DNA of 64,000 nt from Eledone cirrhosa (lineage: Eukaryota). This document shows positions 54,641-64,000 of this stretch, piece by piece; within the stretch, counting starts at the first letter, position 1; every line of letters starts with the position of its first letter. The DNA lies in NCBI GenBank assembly GCA_964016885.1, contig OZ024740.1:441626001-441690000 (forward strand). The letters are read 5' to 3'. Below the pieces are notes generated by a model. The model was not told where the DNA came from. It searched no databases and was given only the letters and a program-made list of their open reading frames with translations. The position numbers and the translations under genes are program-made.

Positions 54641-55622
54641 CCTTCTTTCCAAATAAAACAGAAGTAACCTTCGAACACCAACCAGATGCGAGAAAAATCA
54701 CAGACCCTCCATCTCAATTCTACTTTTGAAAAGCGATTGAAAGAACTGTGAAACCAGTAAAGGAAACAAATAAAATATTCTTTAAAAGACTCCAGTTGCA
54801 TTTTCGGCTTCTTTTCCTTATACTTTCACTCGTGTAGGACATCTCTTTTTTTTTTTCATTTAAAAAAAAACTCATTTTCTTATATATATATTTATATATA
54901 TTTATATATATTTATAGTTCAATAATAAACAAGACAAACACAGAGATGCAAACAGAAGAAGTAACTGAGAGGAGGATTCTGCGTATCGGACATAAGTCCT
55001 TCTTCAGGAAATAGCAAAGAGAGGCACAAGCCAACCATACATACCAGTCTTCCCTCTCCATGCCACCAATGTTGTGCAAGGGAAAGACAAAAGCCAATAC
55101 AGCTTGGCACCATTGACGTTGTAACTTATATATACACGGTATATATTATACACTATATATGGTGTTATCCAATGGCCGATACATCTTGGCGCCAATGACG
55201 TCGCAATTCATTTCTACACCTGACTAAACTAGAGCAACGCGAAATATAGTCTTGCTCAAAGACACAACGCATCACTCGGTCTTCGAATCGAACTCATAAC
55301 CTCCTGATTACAAGCCCAATGCTCTAATCACTAAACCATGCGCCTTCACAACACACATACACACAAACACAGATGGATATAATAGCCGTTTGTGCTATGT
55401 TTTCATTTCTTATAAAATGTTCTATGATAAGAGACATGGATAGGCACCATGTTTTGCAGCATAGAGTTATGGCCCTTTACAATCTGATTTCAAATCCCGC
55501 CTATTCATCCTTACGGGGTCGATAAAATAAAGTACCAGTAATACACTGGGGTAATTACTGGCCTTGTGCCAAAAGTAGAAACAATTATTTATACGATTAT
55601 ATTTTACAAACGGATAACTTAC

Positions 55623-55731
55623 TGTGCAGTGACATTGACATCAATGGTTTGGTTGTACAAATAAAGATATCCCATGTAGAAGTCGACTAGAAATTCATTA
55701 GTTTCGATCTTCACTTCATATTTCGGCAATT
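55623..55731 (-). CDS. TEP/A2M-family exon (LPKYEVKIETNEF...IDVNVTA)
   Basis: cag/gtaagt boundaries; 109 nt, phase 1 to 2; LPKYEV motif. Confidence 0.9.
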
Positions 55732-55777
55732 CTGAATAAGAAGGGAGTCAGTCAATGAGGATGTAAAGCGAAATTAA

Positions 55778-55913
<136 letters not shown>

Positions 55914-57431
55914 AATTTACTGAATTTACTGCCATTAAATAAAGAATGTCTCAATACATGAAGTAGAGCTTAAATCGATTTTAATTTAAAGATGTGATTA
56001 CATCTGTTGCTATATAAAGTTTCACCTTTCTGTTTATCAGGCAACATGTGTTGTAGTAAAAGACAGCCGTATCATTTATTCAAATTAGGGAAAATATTTA
56101 AATATAAAGTAAATCAGGGAGAAAAATAAGAAATAAGAAAAAACATTGGAGAAATTTACGAGGTCAACTTTGCCTTTCATCCATTCAAGGACGGTAAAAA
56201 AAAAGTACCAGTCTACTACTGGTGTCGATTCTTCCTTAACATCTCTTTCTCACTTCCATTCTCTAGCACTCTCTCTATCCTACTCGGGAAGAAATCTGCT
56301 GTATTCAGACCTGGAGAGGAGATGGTCTCCGCCAGGTTTTAAAAATACCCTAAAATACTTCATGAGTTACGGGAACATGAATTCAAACCTTGTCTGTATA
56401 ATGTGGTTGTGTGATATTATTATTATAAGTACCAGTAATGCACTGGGTAATTGCTGGCCTTGTGCCTAAAGTAGAAACAATTATTATTATATCACGTTTG
56501 ATAAGCGAAAACAGGAAACTTTATCGTAGAGGTTTAAATTACTTTATAATCCAACCCTTGCAAGCAGGGAAAAGCGGACGTAAAATGATGATGATGATGA
56601 TGATGATGATGAATCCCCTGTAGCAGTGGAGACTTTCCAAGTACCTGGTCCCTGTTCTCCCTCTTTTCGGGGAGGATATCGTCACCAGTCACACCAGTTG
56701 GAATACATATTTCAACGCGTCTCTCTCGCTACACTTTGGGACCACGTTTTCTCCATTCTGGGGTTCTGTGCGCCAGAAAAGGTTTTCCCTACATTGTCCA
56801 GCCTCATGTATTTGGGTGGCGGCTGATAGAGTCTTCTTTCTCTTATTTTGGTTATATTTAGATTCTCACATCTCTTAACTTATTGTGTAGTCAAACATTA
56901 GATAATGTAACCCCTGTAAGTTGGAGAAATGAAACTGAAACGTTGCCACGAGAAGTAAAATGGCTTTCAAATCGGATCAATAGCAGCCCATCTGAGGAAG
57001 GAGCCCATGGGAAGGGGTATCTCTTGCAGTGGGTGTCGCTGGTCGTTGTTTGTAGAAATGTCTTTGCCATTTTGTAGGTGGGGTGCAGCCGAAACACCAC
57101 TCTGACCTAGAGTCTCTCCTTCCCTCTTTCTTCCTTTGTTCTAATAGTCCTTACTCCTTCCTCTCATTTATAGCATTTATACTCCTTTTCACAGCCGCTT
57201 TATCTGTCTGTATGATTAACCAAATATATAAATTGTTGGTATTTAGATGCATTCTATTGAGATACCGGAGCACAACTATTATAACTTAAAATATATATGT
57301 ATACAATGGTATAAAATGTGTAGTAACCGCCAATTAGTATAAACTCAATTCTCGTTCTATGCAGATTCCAGATCGATTTTCAAATAATAATAAAAGTAAA
57401 ATAAAATACACACAAAGCAATAAGTACTTAC

Positions 57432-57471
57432 TGTAATCACGAACTTCGAAACGTTCAGTCTGTTCATGATC
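57432..57471 (-). CDS. Thioester-protein/A2M-family (CD109/iTEP-like) gene, first exon found in window (DHEQTERFEVRDY)
   Basis: cag acceptor and gtaagt donor; 40 nt, phase 0 to 1; joins the next exon to give FEVRDYKLPKYEV, the A2M-family F-x-V-x-EY-x-LPKFEV motif. Confidence 0.85.
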
Positions 57472-57534
57472 CTGAAAGATTTCCGAGAAAAATGGATTAC
57501 AATCTGCTAATTATATTTAAAGAAGAAAAATGTC

Positions 57535-57744
57535 GGTTGACTGGTGAGATGCGACTACTCTCTGTATTAAAGAAACATGGTTGACTGGTGAGATGCGACT
57601 ACTCTCTGTATTAAAGAAACATGGTTGACTGGTGAGATGCGACTACTCTCTGTATTAAAGAAACATGGTTGACTGGTGAGATGCGACTACTCTCTGTATT
57701 AAAGAAACATGGTTGACTGGTGAGATGCGACTACTCTCTGTATT
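57535..57744. repeat. 44-bp tandem repeat, about 4.8 identical copies
   Basis: ggttgactggtgagatgcgactactctctgtattaaagaaacat. Confidence 0.97.
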
Positions 57745-57770
57745 CGGTCAAACCCACCATCTCAATTCTA

Positions 57771-57806
57771 CTTTTGAAAAGCATAAGAACTGTGAAACCG
57801 GTAAAG
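57771..57806 (+). ncRNA. U3-A8 hammerhead motif, same family as 49794; decayed copy at about 54722-54763
   Basis: CUU UUGAAAA GCA...UGU GAAA CCGG UA AAG. Confidence 0.55.
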
Positions 57807-58416
57807 GAAACAAATAAATATTCTTAAAAAAGCTCCAGTTGCATTTTCGATTTCATCTTTTTTCCTTATACTTTCACTCGTGTAGGACATCTGGGTTTTT
57901 TTCATTAAAAAAAAAACTCATTTTCTTGTGTGTATATGTATGTGTGTGCGTGTGTGTATGTGTGTGTGTATGAATTCCGGGTTCAATCGGGGGTAACTAC
58001 TGTAAGGTACTCCTTACATTAGTAGAGTGTAAACCGTTCAAGTCCTGTAGAAGCCACTTCTATATTAAATTTTACCCTGATACCCTGATGGTATCCAATG
58101 ATGTTGACTTGTTCTTCTTTTTGGTAAATATCATCTTGGTTAAGAGAGTGGGACTGGCTTTGTGCAATGCCTTTGCTCACTATAAAAGCTTCACGGCACA
58201 GGCATTGCTTTATATCTGGAGATCTCTCTGCACTTGTCGTCACATGGTACCATGGGCCCAACACTATGTGTCAATAATTGTCACAAGTGTAGTCTTTGTA
58301 CCAGAGTTTTCAAGTCGCTGGCTGGACTAAAAAGTCACACTCGTTCAGCGCATCAGTAGGGGTTCTCCTACATGGATATAAAGTAGTGGCCGTACTCGAA
58401 AACGAGTTGGCAGCCA

Positions 58417-58500
<84 letters not shown>

Positions 58501-58581
58501 AGAAGTACTTTCCAGCGAATTTTCGACCATTAAGGGTGATTTTCATGGGTATGTCGTTATTTATAAAACAAATTTTGTATA

Positions 58582-58637
58582 TTGTCTGATGAAAGCGCAC
58601 CAAGATTGCTTGGTGGCCCTTGAAATATATATAATAA
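58582..58637 (+). ncRNA. Type I hammerhead motif, same family as 49164
   Basis: UUGU CUGAUGA AAG CG CACCAAG auug CUUGGUG GCC CUU GAAA UAUAUA UA AUAA. Confidence 0.62.
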
Positions 58638-58682
58638 AATAAATATGGTTTTATAAATATAGTTTCCATTTATTAATAACTT

Positions 58683-58736
<54 letters not shown>

Positions 58737-58740
<4 letters not shown>

Positions 58741-59129
58741 TAAACGGAATAGAAAATGCTGACAAATTGTTCACAGTTGAAAAATGGTTTAATTAGGAAT
58801 AAAAGAGTATTAGTGATTGTATGGGTTAGTATTCAGTTGTGGTTTTAAGTTTTTAAGTTTTTACCGGTTGCGCATTTCTAAATGCTTTTCAAAAATAATT
58901 TTGAGATAGAGTGTCCGTGCTGTTTGCTGTTTGATCAGAGCAAACAACACGGACACTCTATCTCAAAATTATTTTTGAAAAGCATTTAGAAATGCGCAAC
59001 CGGTAAAACTTAAAAACTTAAAACCACAACTGAATACTAACCCATACAATCACTAATACTCTTTTATTCCTAATTAAACCATTTTTCAACTGTGAACAAT
59101 TTGTCAGCATTTTCTATTCCGTTTACCAA
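58737..59129. repeat. Near-perfect hairpin, about 190-bp arms, with a variant HHR on each strand (58859-58895 -, 58972-59008 +)
   Basis: reverse-complement arms; same family as 51637-51890. Confidence 0.9.
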
Positions 59130-59194
59130 TATATAATAACTTGTGTGTTACACCTCTATTCTTTTAACTATATATATATATATATATATATAAA

Positions 59195-61539
59195 TTAATA
59201 AAAACAAAGAACAGATTCCTTATATTGAAAAATTCATCATTTTACGATCGTTCAGGGATATATATGTGTGTTGGTATGTATATCATGTTAAAGATCTATG
59301 TAAAAAAATATTACAAATTATCAGAGGAGATAAACATACCTTCACCTATACATGCCATCTTCAGAAATGATGAAGTATGTTTATTGAAAGAAACAAAGTA
59401 TTAATATAAAAGGTCTGTTTGGGAACTGGTTTTGAATTGACCAATAGAGGTCAAGTTGATAGAATTACAGTAGTAGAACTTGATGCTAGGAGTGGAGGAA
59501 AGTAAATTTATGCTTTGAATGAAAAGAATACAATGGGGAAGAGAAAGATAGGGGTTAAAATGAGGTCAAATCAAGAAGATAGTGAAGGAGTCACAAAATA
59601 TTTGATGTCATTAAAAAAATGCTGTTAAAAGCGAAGGGAAAGAAAATTTGTGGGATGAGAGTGTTAATGAGAAATACTAATCTTATTTAAATTTCAAGGA
59701 ACTTAGATACATAAAAGGAAATTAAATTAATTGATAAGTATACTTACAGAGTTAAAATTATATTAATTCTTATGAATGTGATAAATAAAGTAGTAAAAAA
59801 AAATGAAAAATAAAAAATATATATAGAAATATTGAAATAGATAAAATTTTATAAAAAGTAGTGTATCTATCTAAACATCCATAATATTAAAGATATTAAT
59901 TATATTTAATAATCCTAGGTATTAAATGTGATAAATAGGGGATGCGGTTAAAAGAAGTAGTGAGGGTAAAGATAACTTTAGGTAAATTGAGCTGTAAGAG
60001 GGAAATAAAATTAAGAAATTCTCTGTAGTAAATTTCTAATTATAGTTTAACTAAATTTAAAATTTTTTTTTTAATTAATCATAATGATTTGTAAAATATA
60101 AGAGTGAGGTATATACTAATTACGTTTATAATATTGGAAGGTTTTTCTAATTCTATGATTGCATGATATAATTAACTCCTGTCGCTTATTTAATAGGATA
60201 TCATTAGATTTCATGATTTCAAATAGTTCTTGGGAGCATAACCTACACTCATATCTGCTATTTTGATAAGGGGTGGCCCTTTTGAGCACGCTCCAGGTCA
60301 GGTTGTAATCAATATCCCTCTTTCTATAATTATTAATTGCTTCAGTCAAGGAGGTTGTATTCTATACCATACATTAATGAAAATAGTAACACTAATACCA
60401 CTATAGATAACACAATTAACTCTCCTGATACAAAATTTACGAATGGTTGTAACTGTAGAATCAAAAGAAATTGTCCATTAAAGAGAAATTGTCTTATTAA
60501 TAACATAGTCTATAAATGTGTAATTAGAACTAAGGACTCCACTCAATCTTATATAGGAGCTACGTCTAACCAATTTAAAGTAAGATTTAATACCCACAAA
60601 CATAGTTTTTAAAATGCCGCATTAGCTAATACAACCTCCTTGGCTGAAGCAATTAATAATTATAGAAAGAGGGATATTGATTACAACCTGACCTGGAGCG
60701 TGCTCAAAAGGGCCACCCCTTATCAAAATAGCAGATATAAGTGTAGGTTATGCTCCCAAGAACTATTTGAAATCATGAAATCTAATGATATCCTATTATA
60801 TATAATTTTAACTCTGTAAGAATACCTATCAATTAATTTAATTTCCTTTTATGTATCTAAGTTCCTTGAAATTTAAATAAGATTAGTATTTCTCATTAAC
60901 ACTCTCATCCCACAAATTTTCTTTCCCTTCGCTTTTAACAGCATTTTTTAATAACATCAAATTTTCTGTGACTCCTTCACTATCTCCTTGATTTGACCTC
61001 ATTTTAACCCCTATCTTTCTCTTCCTTATTGTATTCTTTTCATTCAAAGCATAAATTTACTTTCCTCCACTCCTAGCATCAAGTTCTACTACTGTAATTC
61101 TATCAACTTGACCTCTAACTCTTTTCTATTGGTCAATTCAAAACCTGTTCCCAAACAGACCTTTTATATTAATACTTTGTTTCTTTCAATAAACATACTA
61201 CATCATTTCTGAAGATGGCATGTATAGGTGAAGGTATGTTTATCTCCTCTGATAATTTGTAATATTTTTTTACATAGATATTTAACATGATATACATACC
61301 AACACACATATATCCCAGAAACGATCGTAAATTGATGAATATTTCAATATAAGGAACCTGTTCTTTGTTTTTATTTCATTGTTTTTATTAATTTATCTTG
61401 ACTCTGTTTTCCTATGATTTTTATCGTTAATTTTTGAATGCATTTTCTCTTTTCATGATATCTTCTATATTTGGATTACATTGAGTTCTTCATACGGATT
61501 GGACACTACCGTTTATTTTGGTAGATTTATCTACATATA

Positions 61540-61540
<1 letters not shown>
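59195..61540. mobile_element. Fold-back Penelope remnant: minus arm 59195-60361, plus arm 60362-61540 (GIY-YIG tail and pLTR)
   Basis: CNCR...CPL...NIVYKC...YIGAT on +; matching C-terminus and 3' UTR on -. Confidence 0.88.
61201..61337 (+). ncRNA. Hammerhead motif with about 100-nt stem II insert; decayed inverted copy at about 59235-59372
   Basis: CAUCAUUU CUGAAGA UGG...CCA GAAA CGAUCG UA AAUUGAUG. Confidence 0.65.
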
Positions 61541-61634
<94 letters not shown>

Positions 61635-61780
61635 GATGACAAGTTATCGTTATAGGTAATCCAGTTAGAGTACTCCGCGTCGTGGATAGCTTTAACGTAA
61701 GGCTTTGTTTAACTCAACAAGATGTTTTCATAGTTATGCAGCGAGTTGGCGGTAATTTCTATGTAGGTTATACTTGGAGT

Positions 61781-61858
<78 letters not shown>

Positions 61859-61911
61859 GGAAAAAATGAAACGATATTTCATTTCCCACTCTTAGTACGG
61901 CTGTTACTTAA

Positions 61912-62356
61912 ATATAAGTATGTACACGTACATACATATATGTATACTGACGTACAGTAGTATGTATATATATATATATACATACATGCACACATATATA
62001 TATGCACGTATGGATTCACCGAACATTTATTATAATGCTCGGTGTGTTTGTAAACAAACATCCCGTATTAAGCCGTAGTGTCTAGCAACCACCGTTGCTC
62101 GTTTGTTCAACACTGACAAAGGAACGCTGTACTAGTTTCAAGCTTGTTAGCTATCGTCAGCAAGTGTTGAACAAACGAGCAACGATGGTTGCTAGACACT
62201 ACGGCTTAATACGGGATGTTTGTTTACAAACACACCGAGCATTATAATAAATGTTCGGTGAATCCATACGTGCATATATATATGTGTGCATGTATGTATA
62301 TATATATATACATACTACTGTACGTCGGTATACATATATGTATGTACGTGTACATA

Positions 62357-62363
<7 letters not shown>
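61912..62363. repeat. Hairpin with about 200-bp arms (61912-62113 / 62163-62363)
   Basis: reverse-complement arms with few mismatches. Confidence 0.92.
62127..62163 (-). ncRNA. Minimal hammerhead motif in the hairpin spacer
   Basis: UUG CUGACGA U AGCU aaca AGCU U GAAA CUAG UA CAG. Confidence 0.62.
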
Positions 62364-62395
<32 letters not shown>

Positions 62396-62495
62396 CAGAT
62401 ATAAAAGACAGCGAGAAGCGAAAACCAACCAAACAGTGAGTGTGTTCTGTTATTAATTCTGGCAATATTACGCAAATATGACCCTCCCCAAATAT

Positions 62496-62547
<52 letters not shown>

Positions 62548-62950
62548 ATAATAAATTTGAAGACTAAAATCCAAAGAGGGCTCGATAAGGATAAATATAT
62601 ATCAAATATATAAGAACCGTAGAGCAAATATTTATTAAAATAACAGATTAAAGTTTAAGCAAAGAATCGCTGCTTTCACCCTTAACGGGATCTTCTGAAA
62701 CTAACAAAGTCAATCTGTAAACGCAGAACTGGATATTTCAAAAAACGTTGCAACCGGAGGAAGACAGGAAGACGATACTTTGGTTCGTGGTAACGTTCGC
62801 TGGCTAAGAACGGGAAAAAACGAATATAATACGTCATTAATAGGAGCGGTGAAAAGCAATTACGCGCAAAGACAGAACCACGTTTATGGTATAAAAGAGG
62901 TCGTAGACTAATGTTCTCTTAGGTGGTGCATAGAGACGTTCTCTGGCAAT

Positions 62951-64000
62951 GAAGCTCTTGCTCGAAGTGGATTTGTCGATAAGGTAGCATATACAGAGTA
63001 CGAAAATAGACCTAGAAGAAATAGATCCCGTCGCATTTGTTGGTATAACCCACCATATAATATGGAGGTGACCACACCATTAGCTAAGATCTTTCTTTCC
63101 CTTATTACGAAGCATTTTCCCCCTACACATAAATATAGTAAAATTTTTAATAGAAATACTATTAAAATTTCTTACTCTACGACTCCTAACCTTGCACATA
63201 ACATCACAGCTTCAAATTTAGCTAAACTACCTAGCCGTAGGAACACGTGCAACCCTGTAGTTAGTACTAACTGTAATTGTAGGAACCGGGTTGACTGCCC
63301 CCTATCCGGGAAATGCCTCTCTAGTAACATTGTCTACAAATGTAAGGTTGAGACACCCACATCCCGTAGGGCCTACATAGGATTAACCGCCAATAGATTC
63401 AAGCAGCGTCTCTACATGCATACCCATTCTTTTCGTTACCCTCTTAGAAGGAATATGACGTCACTTTCAGCTTATATCTGGAGTCTTAAAGACAACCACA
63501 CCCAATATAAGTTACACTGGGAGATCCTAGCTAGGGCTAGATCGTATAACGGAAATAAAAGACCATGTGACCTCTGCGCCGCTGAGGCCCTGGAAATACT
63601 CTACGCCACAGACCACTCTTAAACAAAAAATCTGAGGCAATTTCGGCTTGTAAACATAAATTGCACAAAACTTTCCTGTATTACAGCCCCACGTTATACC
63701 CTAACGGATAGTTCGATCTATACGTGGATATTTTACGTCTCGATGTAGGAGCTAAGTATATGTTTGTTTATACCTTTACTTATTTGCATAGGTAAGTATA
63801 TATTATCCGTATGTTTTGTGAAGGTACGTATACCTTCGCGTACGTATATTTGATTGTTATGGCGTATACATTTTTTTATATTTCTGGTACATATGGTTTG
63901 ACTATGTGTATACGGGAGTTTTGCGTCTGTGTGAGTATGCAGGTTCGTACGTATGTAGGGCGTGTGTATATGTGTACTTCATGTTTTGGTTGACTTACGT
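62951..64000 (+). mobile_element. 5'-truncated Penelope-like fragment (GIY-YIG and 3' UTR), second-lineage type
   Basis: WYNPPY, KHFP, NRNTIKISYS, CNCR...CPL, NIVYKC, YIGLT; frameshift near 63618. Confidence 0.88.

Noticed and set aside
62665-62702. Minus-strand CAGAAGA U CCC/GGG U GAAA (also about 21420-21455)
   Set aside because: Core is mutated in both copies and there is no NUH or stem I.
57472-64000. Further upstream host exons
   Set aside because: None found with convincing splice sites and motifs; the region appears intronic and repeat-filled.

Overview
AT-rich eukaryotic (animal) genomic DNA dense in (TA)n, (CA)n and (TAA)n microsatellites and tRNA-derived SINEs. The repeat landscape looks like an octopod cephalopod (inference only). 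The whole window lies inside one minus-strand host gene that the ORF track does not show. I assembled 17 GT-AG exons by hand with consistent phases (2035 nt, about 678 aa). They encode the middle of a thioester-protein/alpha-2-macroglobulin family member (CD109/iTEP-like), with motifs FEVRDYKLPKYEV, YTFGRPVNG, AIDRSV, FPETWIW, PDSITKW, FQPFF and VFNY. The start codon and the thioester site lie outside the window. The introns hold R4/Dong-like, L1/Tx1-like and RTE-like LINE remnants, a Chapaev-type transposase relic, a hAT MITE, a Helitron/Helentron-like element and many Penelope-like elements (PLEs). The strongest signal is about 20 hammerhead-ribozyme (HHR) motifs from roughly ten sequence families. 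Most sit in fold-back (inverted) insertions with arms from about 65 bp to 3.1 kb, usually landed in (TA)n tracts. They include a 483-nt HHR-to-HHR tandem unit (retrozyme-like), U3-A8 core variants and a recurring UUGAAAA...GCAA core variant. All ribozyme calls are by-eye structure reads and none is tested for activity.
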